Shown in pieces: positions 29,495 to 39,527 of a stretch of 64,000 nucleotides of DNA. Numbering within the stretch: position 1 is the first letter of the stretch; the number at the start of each line of letters is the position of its first letter. The notes beneath the pieces are model-generated. The model did no database searches. It was not told the DNA's origin and saw only the letters and a list, made by a program, of their open reading frames with translations. The translations under genes were made by a program, and so were the position numbers. The stretch is from Thermoplasmata archaeon (GTDB lineage: Archaea; Thermoplasmatota; Thermoplasmata; Methanomassiliicoccales; Methanomethylophilaceae), in assembly GCA_015063245.1 (NCBI GenBank), contig SUSV01000003.1:98751-162750 (forward strand). Direction: 5' to 3'.

Positions 29495-31372
29495 ATGGAT
29501 TACTTTCCCTACGAGTACCGTCCGGGACAGAAGGAGCTTGTCGGCTTCATCGACCGGACGGTACGCGACCGTAGGTGTGCTGTCATCGAGGCCGGTACAG
29601 GCACCGGCAAGACGGTGACATCCTTATGCAGCGCCCTCGGCTATGCCAAGGACCACGATATGAAGGTCATCTACCTGACCAGGACCAAGTCCCAGCAGAA
29701 GCAGGTGATCAGGGAATCGGCCGCCATAGGCAACGGCATCCTCTGCGTAGCGGTGCAGGGGAGGTCGGCCGCATCATGCCCCATGATGAGGGACGATCCG
29801 GACCTGGCATCGGGCAATGCCGAGGAGATATCGAAGCTCTGCTCCGTGTACAAGCGCAAGAAGGACGGGGTCTGCCATTGCAATTTTTTCTCCAGCATCG
29901 AGGAGACCGATGTGGAGCAGTGGGTGGACCTGATACGCAGGGAGCATTCGGACCCGGAGGATTTCTCTCTGATGTGCGAAGATGCGGGAGTCTGCCCCTA
30001 TGAGCTGATGAAGCTCATCCTCCCATATGCGGACGTCATTGCCGTACCCTATCCGTTCGTGTTCATGCCCATGGTGCTGGAGAGGTTCATCGAATGGATA
30101 GGCGTTCCGCTCTCGAGGACCATCCTGATCGTCGATGAGGCACACAACCTTCCCGATTACCTGAGGGATGTCCAGACGTACGAGTACAGCGGGCATGCTA
30201 TGGATCTTGCCGCTAAGGAGGCCAAGGACCACGGGGATTTCGAGCTTCAGGAAGGCATCACCGTGACCGATCTGGTAGCCGTCCTGAAGGAGATCCTCGC
30301 CGCGGCAGAGAGGGAGTATCTGATCGATGACGACGGCATGCTCCCACCGTACTATCTCGAGGACGAGCTCATGTCCCGCCTCGGAGTCAGCTCGGTCACC
30401 ATCAGGCGCATGTGCAAGGCCATGGAGGAGATCGGCGACGGGATAATGGAGAAGAAGAAGGAGCGCAGGAAGCTCCCACGCTCGTACATCCATTCCATGT
30501 CGAGGTTCATAGTCGCATGGATCGACGGCGACGAGGACCATTATGTCAGGCTCATAGTGAAGGAAGGCGACAACGCATTGTTCCAGGCGTACTGCATGGA
30601 CCCGTCGGGAGCTTCGGGTCCGCTGAACGACTGCTTCTCGTCGATCCATATGTCGGGAACGCTTCAGCCGCTCGATGCATACGTTTCCGAACTGGGATTG
30701 GAGCGTGTCGATACGTACTGTCTCGAGGGCATCTTCCCTAAGGAGAACCTTCTCACGCTCTACACCGACAGGGTGTCGATGAAGTACGAGGAGAGGACTT
30801 TGGAGCAGAACTACGGTGCTCTGATGGAGCTGCTGGTGGACTCGATAAACGCGGTACGCGTGAACACGGCCGTGTTCTTCCCATCATACAGTTTCATGGA
30901 CAAGATGGTGGATGACGGCCTGGTCCGCAGGCTGAGCCGCGATGTGAGCTACGAGCAGAGGGGGATGTCACAGCCGGATCTGATGGCAGTCTTCGAGAAT
31001 TTCAAGAATTCAGACGGAGGCGTCCTGTTCTGTGTCACCGGAGGCAGGATCAGCGAGGGTCTCGACTTCCCGGACAAGGCCCTCGAGCTCGCGATAATCA
31101 TCGGCATACCGTATCCGAAGCCCACGGCCAAGATGCGCGCGATGCGCAGATACTACGACATCAGGTTCGGGAACGGGGTGCTGTACACATCGACGATCCC
31201 GGCGGTGCGCAAGATGAGGCAGTCCATCGGAAGGCTCATCAGGTCGGAGACCGACAGAGGCGTCGCGGTCATCATGGACCGCAGGGTTTCCGGTCTGAAG
31301 GACATCGATGCGGAGCTCTGCCATGACATACCCTCCAAGGAGAGGGAGTTCTTCAGGTACTCCAAGTACTGA
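29495..31372 (+). CDS. xpd: XPD/Rad3 Fe-S SF2 DNA helicase
   Basis: EAGTGTGKT, four Fe-S Cys (SCP, LCS, CNF, CPY), DEAH, SGTL, SEGLDF, QSIGRLIR; ATG 29495. Confidence 0.93.
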   Translation: MDYFPYEYRPGQKELVGFIDRTVRDRRCAVIEAGTGTGKTVTSLCSALGYAKDHDMKVIYLTRTKSQQKQVIRESAAIGNGILCVAVQGRSAASCPMMRDDPDLASGNAEEISKLCSVYKRKKDGVCHCNFFSSIEETDVEQWVDLIRREHSDPEDFSLMCEDAGVCPYELMKLILPYADVIAVPYPFVFMPMVLERFIEWIGVPLSRTILIVDEAHNLPDYLRDVQTYEYSGHAMDLAAKEAKDHGDFELQEGITVTDLVAVLKEILAAAEREYLIDDDGMLPPYYLEDELMSRLGVSSVTIRRMCKAMEEIGDGIMEKKKERRKLPRSYIHSMSRFIVAWIDGDEDHYVRLIVKEGDNALFQAYCMDPSGASGPLNDCFSSIHMSGTLQPLDAYVSELGLERVDTYCLEGIFPKENLLTLYTDRVSMKYEERTLEQNYGALMELLVDSINAVRVNTAVFFPSYSFMDKMVDDGLVRRLSRDVSYEQRGMSQPDLMAVFENFKNSDGGVLFCVTGGRISEGLDFPDKALELAIIIGIPYPKPTAKMRAMRRYYDIRFGNGVLYTSTIPAVRKMRQSIGRLIRSETDRGVAVIMDRRVSGLKDIDAELCHDIPSKEREFFRYSKY

Positions 31373-31390
31373 AATCGGAATAAACTAATA

Positions 31391-31909
31391 ATGCCGGGAT
31401 CTGTTGCACAACCTATGGAAGAGGATGTGTACGAGCGTATCAAGCAGGGATACATGGAGCTGAAAGGTTCCGACCTCAAGGTATCAGTCCTGTGCGACCA
31501 TATCGGCATCACGATGAGCGAGTTCTACCAGTGCTATCACGATCTGGACGATCTCCGCGGGCAGCTCCAGCGCGAGACCGTGAGGGAGATGTCCGAGTAC
31601 ATCTCATCAGCTATGCCCGACGGCTTCGATATCGACGTATACATAGACTCCGGATTGGATTACATCCAGTCCAACATCGAGCTGTTCGAGTTCAGCCTGT
31701 TCGGTTCGAATGACTCGGCCTTCATGGAACTGTGGTGCAAGAGCCTGGTGAAGACCCTGAAGAAATCGACCGGCTGCGAGGATAAGCTGAAGCTCGAGAT
31801 GACAGCATACATGATCATCAGAGGGATGGCGTTCGTTCTGAGCAACAATCTCTTCAACGACCACGGATCGCTGAACCAGATGGCATCCAGGGCAGTATCG
31901 GAGCTATGA
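31391..31909 (+). CDS. TetR/AcrR-like regulator (degenerate HTH)
   Basis: LKVSVLCDHIGITMSEFYQCYHDLDDL. Confidence 0.65.
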   Translation: MPGSVAQPMEEDVYERIKQGYMELKGSDLKVSVLCDHIGITMSEFYQCYHDLDDLRGQLQRETVREMSEYISSAMPDGFDIDVYIDSGLDYIQSNIELFEFSLFGSNDSAFMELWCKSLVKTLKKSTGCEDKLKLEMTAYMIIRGMAFVLSNNLFNDHGSLNQMASRAVSEL

Positions 31910-31949
31910 ATCCCAAAGTGTTATAATACAAAGGGGTGTTCGAGCCATT

Positions 31950-32225
31950 ATGGAAATAACCGTCGATCCTGAAGTGGAACAGCTCATCAAGAATGAAGGG
32001 TGCGATTACCGCGTCTGCACCGCATGTCTTGGTCCGGCCCTCGTCCCTACATCCGTCAAGGGACCCAAGGAGAGCGATCTCAGGATCGAGGTCGGCGGTC
32101 ATACACTATACATTTCTAGATACGTCGCACGCTACATCTCCAGGGTCACCATCGACATGGTGTACGATGAGGATGAGATCGACGCATGTCCTGCATTCCC
32201 TCCGAGGGGATACAGGTATCAGTGA
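31950..32225 (+). CDS. Small Cys-containing hypothetical protein
   Basis: CDYRVCTACLGPALVP...GPKESD; host-like codon usage. Confidence 0.7.
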   Translation: MEITVDPEVEQLIKNEGCDYRVCTACLGPALVPTSVKGPKESDLRIEVGGHTLYISRYVARYISRVTIDMVYDEDEIDACPAFPPRGYRYQ

Positions 32226-32845
32226 ACAAGTTCGGCAGAATCCGCTGTCTTCTTGGCGAGGGCATCGACGTCGATCTTCTCGCTCATGGCGACGACCTTC
32301 TCGGGGTTGGCCTCGGTGATAGGTCTCGTCGGGACGATGAGGCATCCATTGGTCTCCCTTATCGAGATATCGAAGGTCCCGATGCGTCTGGCAATCTCGA
32401 TTATCTCGTTCTTGTCCATGCCGATCAGGGGCCTTACGACGGGGAAGTCGAGTCCGATGTTCTCCGACTTTATGTTCCTCAGGGTCTGCGATGCGACCTG
32501 TCCCAAAGAATCTCCCATGATGATCCCGTCGGCTCCGAGGTTCTTTGCCAGCTCTCTCGCCGTGCGCTGCATCACGCGTTTGCACATGACGCATTGATAA
32601 TGATAGTCGCAGCCGTCATGGATGGTCTGCTGGTTCTCGCCGTGCTTGGCGATATAGAGCGGGAACTCCCTGCCGGTCACCTCTCTGAGGCGTGCCGCGA
32701 TGTCCTTGACTATCCCGATGGAACGATCGTCGGTGAACGGACGGTTGTCCATATGGAGAAGGATGACCTCCGCGCCCCTCTGACTCATGATGTACGAGGC
32801 GACGGGGGAATCGATCCCGTTTGACATCAGTGAGATCAGCTTCAT
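32219..32845 (-). CDS. thiI: Standalone ThiI catalytic (PP-loop) domain lacking THUMP
   Basis: ISLMSNGIDSPVA PP-loop, CVMCKR CxxC, GDSLGQVASQTL, RPLIGMDKNEI, GC. Confidence 0.85.
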   Translation of the reverse strand: MKLISLMSNGIDSPVASYIMSQRGAEVILLHMDNRPFTDDRSIGIVKDIAARLREVTGREFPLYIAKHGENQQTIHDGCDYHYQCVMCKRVMQRTARELAKNLGADGIIMGDSLGQVASQTLRNIKSENIGLDFPVVRPLIGMDKNEIIEIARRIGTFDISIRETNGCLIVPTRPITEANPEKVVAMSEKIDVDALAKKTADSAELVH

Positions 32846-33411
32846 CTGAGGTCCACATCACCGTAGTCGTCAGCGAGCTTCCTGGGCATCGCATACTTGC
32901 ACTCGGGGCAGTAGAGCCCGTCGCCCTTCTTGCTCCTGACCATCTCGGTCTTGCACTTCCCGCAGTGGGCCCTGATCACTCCGAGGTGGTCGTCCTTGGT
33001 GGTGAGCTGGAGAGCGGGTTTGATCGCTGTGACGCGTGCCCTGATGAAATCTCCCTTCCTGAGCTCCTTGGACACATCGTCGGTGTAGCCTTGGGAGATC
33101 TTTGAAACGTGGATGGTGGCGTAAGTGTCGCCTCCGAGTCTTCTGTCGACGCCTTCCTTGACATAGACATCGGCTGTTGCCATCGTGCTCCTGATGTCTC
33201 CGACGACACCGTATACGATGTCGCCCACTGCCAGGACGTTGGGCGGGTTGGGCGAGATTACCCTTGCTACGCATTCTGCATCATCGAGGACGAGCTCTCC
33301 GACCTGTGAGGCGTAGACCTTTCCGTCCTCTGCGAAAGTTCCCTCGGCGGCCAGGTATTCTTCTTCAGAGGCCACTTCTTCACCGGGGAATACGAACTTG
33401 GAATCTGTCAT
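32842..33411 (-). CDS. csl4: Exosome complex RNA-binding subunit Csl4
   Basis: VFPGEEV, S1 domain, DDHLGVIRAHCGKC...CPEC...RKL Zn ribbon. Confidence 0.92.
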   Translation of the reverse strand: MTDSKFVFPGEEVASEEEYLAAEGTFAEDGKVYASQVGELVLDDAECVARVISPNPPNVLAVGDIVYGVVGDIRSTMATADVYVKEGVDRRLGGDTYATIHVSKISQGYTDDVSKELRKGDFIRARVTAIKPALQLTTKDDHLGVIRAHCGKCKTEMVRSKKGDGLYCPECKYAMPRKLADDYGDVDLR

Positions 33412-33417
33412 GTGAAA

Positions 33418-34011
33418 TCACCTTATGTTGACGACCGCGATGTCGACCGTCTTCTTCATCTTGGTATGGAATGAAAATGTATGAGGGATTTCGTACTTAT
33501 AGATTTTATAATAGGGGACGTCGCGGCCTTTCTTGGCGCAGTAGTCTATGACGAAATCCAGCGTGTTGGCCATATGGATGGAGTATATGCATTCCGAGAG
33601 CTCCATGGCCTTGTCGAGGAACGGCCTGTCCGCATTCCTGTTCTGGCAGCCGAAGGGGGGATTCATGAATATCGTGTCCGCGCCCTCATCCACATCCAGT
33701 ATGTCCGAGCGACGGAACTCCACATCCGCAGACAGTTCCTTCCTGTTCCCTTCCGCCACTCTGAGGGCGGATTCGGATATGTCGAAGCCGATGGCCTGGG
33801 AAGCGCCCAGCATCCACGATCCGATGGTGAACATCCCGGTACCGCATCCGAGGTCCACGACCTTCAGTCCCTCGATGTCCCCCTTGCGGTAGGCATCGAA
33901 CAGGATGTCGGCGGCGGTGACAGCGGGGGTCATGTACTGCTCGAGACTCGCATCGGGATCCTCGAAGTTCCTCACCTTCTGCAAACCCATCTCCAAGTCC
34001 TTCTTCTTCAC
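33418..34011 (-). CDS. METTL5-like SAM-dependent rRNA adenine N6 methyltransferase
   Basis: LEQYMTP, VDLGCGTG, MNPPFG, PHTFSFH; GTG 34011 after GTGAGG. Confidence 0.9.
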   Translation of the reverse strand: MKKKDLEMGLQKVRNFEDPDASLEQYMTPAVTAADILFDAYRKGDIEGLKVVDLGCGTGMFTIGSWMLGASQAIGFDISESALRVAEGNRKELSADVEFRRSDILDVDEGADTIFMNPPFGCQNRNADRPFLDKAMELSECIYSIHMANTLDFVIDYCAKKGRDVPYYKIYKYEIPHTFSFHTKMKKTVDIAVVNIR

Positions 34012-34159
34012 GCCCTCACGCTCCGGTGTCTGCCCTGTCCTAATTCTTCGTAGGATAAAAAATACGATATTCGAATCCAATCTTGTTTGACATCCGACAC
34101 GTTTTTTCTTGCGTTGTACGATGAAAAACAAAGTTTTTACCAAAAATGATTTCGGATAA

Positions 34160-35587
<1,428 letters not shown>

Positions 35588-35595
35588 AACTCCAA

Positions 35596-35614
35596 AAGGG
35601 GGATCCTCCCCCTT
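35596..35614 (+). terminator. Hairpin after gdhA
   Basis: AAGGGGG/CCCCCTT stem. Confidence 0.5.
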
Positions 35615-35813
35615 CACCCTTGTACAAATTATGAACGTACGAGGGTATTCTTATTATATACAAAGCGTCTAACAACGTCTGCGAATACGACCCGCTATGC
35701 GGGGAGGTGGATGGGAGGCTGGCTGATTGCGGTAACAACCCGACGGCCGGTTTGTACATTTACTGAAATCACTACCTTAACGTTTAAATACCATGTAAAA
35801 CTAATGACCTTTC

Positions 35814-35980
35814 AAGGATGTGCCTACTGGGTTAAGATGTCGATAGTAGGTGTGTCTAACCCTAACAAACGATTTCACCCGACGAGAAGGGATTCGAAGG
35901 CGGGTTCCCCTAATATCTATCCGGGTCTCGGAGAAATCCGAGGTCCGGATCCCCTAATTATTCAAGAACTCCTCTGATTG
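35814..35980 (+). ncRNA. Candidate structured ncRNA, family unknown
   Basis: TTTAAATA box at 35783-90; 13-bp GU-rich stem 35816-28/35845-57 begins at the expected TSS; CTCGGA-GAAA-TCCGAG hairpin 35927-42. Confidence 0.35.
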
Positions 35981-36094
35981 GGCATTGCCATCATCATCGC
36001 TGCCAAGCCGTCCTGTGCAACCCTTATATCTGTCGAACCGATTGTCAAGGTGCATACAGAGTATGCATTTCCTCTAGAAAGAGGGGGTGTGCAT

Positions 36095-37645
36095 CTGGCT
36101 AAGATTAAAAGGGCAGTTATCAGCGTTTCCGACAAGAGCGGTATCGTCGATTTCGCAAAGGAGCTCGCAGCCTCCGGCGTCGACATCATATCCACAGGCG
36201 GAACATTCAAACTTCTGAAAGAGAACGGTATAAAGGTTACCGAGGTCTCCGATGTCACCGGATTCCCCGAGATGCTGGACGGTCGCGTCAAGACCCTCCA
36301 TCCCAAAATTCATGCGGGGATCCTCGCACGCAGGGACATCAAGGAGCACATGGACGCGATCAAGGAGAAGGGCATCGAACCCATCGACATGGTCGTCATC
36401 AACCTGTACCCGTTCAAGCAGACGGTACTCAAGGAGGGTGTCGAGTTCGAGGACATCGTCGAGAACATCGACATCGGAGGACCCAGCATGATCCGTGCGG
36501 CAGCCAAGAACTATCAGTCCGTGGCAGTCGTCACAGACCCCAAGCAGTATCCCGAGATCATCGACCAGATCAAGAACAACGGAGAGCTAAGCCTCGAGCT
36601 CCACCAGAAGCTCATGGCGGAGGCATTCGTCGTGACAGCCAACTACGATGCCATGATCGCATCGCAGATGAAGAAGAGGTTCATCGGAGACTTCCCCGAG
36701 TCGTTCCCGATTCCGCTGGACAAGGTCCAGGACCTCAGGTACGGAGAGAACCCCAACCAGAAGGCGGCATTCTACAAGGACCCCTTCACACCCGGACCGA
36801 CCGTCGCAAAGGCCGAGTGCCTCTGGGGAAAGGAGCTCTCATACAACAACATCCTCGACCTGGACAAGGCCCTGGACATCTGTATGGATTTCGAGAGACC
36901 CACAGCTGTCGTCATGAAGCACACGAACCCCTGCGGTCTTGCATCCGCGGACACGATCTTCGAGGCATTCGAGACAGCATACAACGTCGATCCCCTTTCG
37001 GCATTCGGATGCGTCATCTGTCTCAACAGGCCCTGTACGAAGGAGTGTGCGGAGATGATATCCAAGTATTTCGTCGAGGCCGTCCTCTGTCCTGATTACG
37101 AGGAGGGTGCCATTGAGATCATGGAGGTCAAGAAGAACATCCGTCTCCTCAGGACCAACTGCCCCATCGGACCGTCCGAGAGAGTCAGGGAGTACAAGAT
37201 GAAGAAGGTCCAGGGCGGAATGCTCGTCCAGACCGATGAGGATGTCGTCGTGGACCCCAAGAACCTCAAGGTCATCACCAAGCGTGCACCCACAGAGGAG
37301 GAGATCCACTCGCTCCTGTTCGCATGGAAGCTTGCAAAGCATGTCACCTCCAACGCCGTCGTCTACGTCAGGGGAGAGCGTGCCGTCGGAATCGGTGCCG
37401 GACAGATGAGCCGTGTCGATTCAGCCAAGATCGCGACCATGAAGGCCAACGAACCCACAGAGGGATGCGTCATGGCATCCGATGCGTTCTTCCCCTTCAG
37501 GGACGGGGTCGATGAGGCTGCGAAGGCCGGAGTGACCGCCATCATACAGCCCGGAGGAAGCATCAGGGACCAGGAGGTCATCGACGCCGCCAACGAGCAC
37601 AACATGGCGATGGTCTTCACCGGCTGCCGTGTCTTCAGGCACTGA
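36095..37645 (+). CDS. purH: Bifunctional AICAR transformylase/IMP cyclohydrolase
   Basis: KRAVISVSDK, GRVKTLHP, IDIGGPSM, LRYGENP, MKHTNPCG, GAGQMSR, SDAFFPF, IIQPGGS; start uncertain (CTG 36095 or GTG 36089). Confidence 0.95.
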   Translation: MAKIKRAVISVSDKSGIVDFAKELAASGVDIISTGGTFKLLKENGIKVTEVSDVTGFPEMLDGRVKTLHPKIHAGILARRDIKEHMDAIKEKGIEPIDMVVINLYPFKQTVLKEGVEFEDIVENIDIGGPSMIRAAAKNYQSVAVVTDPKQYPEIIDQIKNNGELSLELHQKLMAEAFVVTANYDAMIASQMKKRFIGDFPESFPIPLDKVQDLRYGENPNQKAAFYKDPFTPGPTVAKAECLWGKELSYNNILDLDKALDICMDFERPTAVVMKHTNPCGLASADTIFEAFETAYNVDPLSAFGCVICLNRPCTKECAEMISKYFVEAVLCPDYEEGAIEIMEVKKNIRLLRTNCPIGPSERVREYKMKKVQGGMLVQTDEDVVVDPKNLKVITKRAPTEEEIHSLLFAWKLAKHVTSNAVVYVRGERAVGIGAGQMSRVDSAKIATMKANEPTEGCVMASDAFFPFRDGVDEAAKAGVTAIIQPGGSIRDQEVIDAANEHNMAMVFTGCRVFRH

Positions 37646-37657
37646 AACTTTTCACCT

Positions 37658-37695
37658 GCTGGCTCATAGCGATATGGGCCGGCACACCTTTCCTT
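37658..37695 (+). terminator. Hairpin terminator after purH
   Basis: 10-bp stem GCTGGCTCAT/ATGGGCCGGC (2 GU) followed by a pyrimidine tract. Confidence 0.55.
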
Positions 37696-37787
37696 TTCCC
37701 CTCATCTTCCGGATTCGGCTGGTCATACCAACCAATATAATCCTGGGTCGCCTATAACAGATGTTAAGAGTTGTAGCGGGTAGATCG

Positions 37788-39527
37788 ATGTTCACCAGGT
37801 TCTTCGGCAAAAGGGATTGGGCGCTCACGGCTGTGGCGTTCCTGCTTATCGTGGCCCAGATCTGGATGGACATCAGGATCCCGGATTACATGGGTGAGAT
37901 AACCGATGCATTCCTTCTGAACGACACCGATGTGGTGGTCAGCCGCGGATGGGAGATGATAGGCTGTGCTCTCATCAGTCTGACTTTCGCCCTGATCACC
38001 GGTTTCGTCCTCGCCAACATATCCGCTTCGGTCGGGCGCAACATGCGTATCGCTCAGTTCGATCAGGTGCAGGCATTCTCGGAGGAGAACATCAAAAAGT
38101 TCTCAGCGGCGAGTCTGATCACTCGTTCCACCAACGATGTCACCCAGATCCAGAACTTCATCGCAAGGGGTCTTCAGATATTCATCAGGAGCCCGATCAT
38201 CGCGATATGGGCCATCATCATGATAAGCGGGTCCTCGCTCGAATGGACCGCGGTCACCGCAGCAGGAGTCGCAGTCCTGATAATCGTGATGATGGTCACG
38301 CTCCATTTCGCCAAGATAAGGTTCATGAGGATCCAGTGGCTGACGGATGATGTCAACCGCGCCACGAGGGAGAGCATAGATGGAATCAGGGTCATTCGCG
38401 CATACAACGCCGAAGGCTATCAGGAGGGCCGTTTCTCAGAGGCCAACGACAATCTCCTTAGGAACAACATATCCGCATCGAAGATCATGGCTCCGGCATA
38501 TCCTATCGCGCAGTCCACGCTGAACTTCGTGATCATGGGCATATACTGGGTTGGGGCCGGGCTGATCCTCGGGCTTGACGACACCAATGAACAGCTCCTG
38601 CTGTTCTCGGACATGATCGTGTTCACATCCTATGCGACGATGGTCATTTCGGCGTTCATGCAATTGTTCGGGATGATACGCGCCATACCCCGTACCTCCG
38701 TCGGACTGAAACGTGTCCAGGAGGTCGTCGATACGAAGCCCACCGTCATCGGCGGGGAGGAGACCGAAGGCACCGAGCACGGATGTGTCGAGTTCAGGGA
38801 CGTATCCTTCTCATACCCCGGTTCCGGGAAGAAGGCCTTGGACGGGATATCGTTCAGGGTGGAAGAAGGAAAGACCCTTGCGATCATCGGGACCACAGGC
38901 TCAGGAAAGACCACGCTTGTGAATCTGATAACCCGTTTCTATGATGCCACGGAGGGTACAGTCATGGTCGACGGCCTGGACATAAAGGAGTTCGACCTCC
39001 GCTCGCTGCGCTCCAAGATGGGTTACGTCTCCCAGAGCTCCATCATATTCTCGGGTTCCGTAGACATGAACGTGAACTACGGTCTCGGTTCCGAGAACCG
39101 TACGGAGGATGACATCAGGAAGGCGTTGGAGATCGCACAGGCGGATGAGTTCGTATACGATATGCCAGACGGGAGAGAATCGCACGTCTCCCAGCACGGT
39201 AAGAATCTGTCCGGAGGTCAGAAACAGCGCATCTCGATAGCACGTGCCCTGTGCAGATCGCCGGAGATCCTGATCCTCGATGATTCGTTCTCCGCATTGG
39301 ATTACAAGACCGACCTTGAGCTGAGGAACGCCTTGGACGAGAGGATGGGGGGCACGACGAGGATAATAGTCGCCCAGAGGGTCGGGACGATAAAGGACGC
39401 CGATGAGATCCTTGTCTTGGACGAGGGGAGGCTCGTGGGCAAAGGGACGCACCGCCATCTCATGGAGAGCTGTCCGCTGTACAGGGAGATAGCCGAATCG
39501 CAGGCGATGCAGGAGGGCGTCCTATGA
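37788..39527 (+). CDS. ABC exporter subunit A (TMD plus NBD; degenerate Walker B)
   Basis: GTTGSGKT, LSGGQKQR, ILILDDS (Asp replacing catalytic Glu), AQR switch. Confidence 0.93.
   Translation: MFTRFFGKRDWALTAVAFLLIVAQIWMDIRIPDYMGEITDAFLLNDTDVVVSRGWEMIGCALISLTFALITGFVLANISASVGRNMRIAQFDQVQAFSEENIKKFSAASLITRSTNDVTQIQNFIARGLQIFIRSPIIAIWAIIMISGSSLEWTAVTAAGVAVLIIVMMVTLHFAKIRFMRIQWLTDDVNRATRESIDGIRVIRAYNAEGYQEGRFSEANDNLLRNNISASKIMAPAYPIAQSTLNFVIMGIYWVGAGLILGLDDTNEQLLLFSDMIVFTSYATMVISAFMQLFGMIRAIPRTSVGLKRVQEVVDTKPTVIGGEETEGTEHGCVEFRDVSFSYPGSGKKALDGISFRVEEGKTLAIIGTTGSGKTTLVNLITRFYDATEGTVMVDGLDIKEFDLRSLRSKMGYVSQSSIIFSGSVDMNVNYGLGSENRTEDDIRKALEIAQADEFVYDMPDGRESHVSQHGKNLSGGQKQRISIARALCRSPEILILDDSFSALDYKTDLELRNALDERMGGTTRIIVAQRVGTIKDADEILVLDEGRLVGKGTHRHLMESCPLYREIAESQAMQEGVL

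Noticed and set aside
35856-35866. CTAACCCTAAC, identical to the vertebrate telomerase RNA template
   Set aside because: An 11-nt match with no reverse transcriptase or telomeric array nearby; treated as coincidence
35945-35998. Minus-strand box C (ATGATGA) suggesting a C/D sRNA
   Set aside because: No proper terminal CTGA box D at guide distance and no minus-strand TATA
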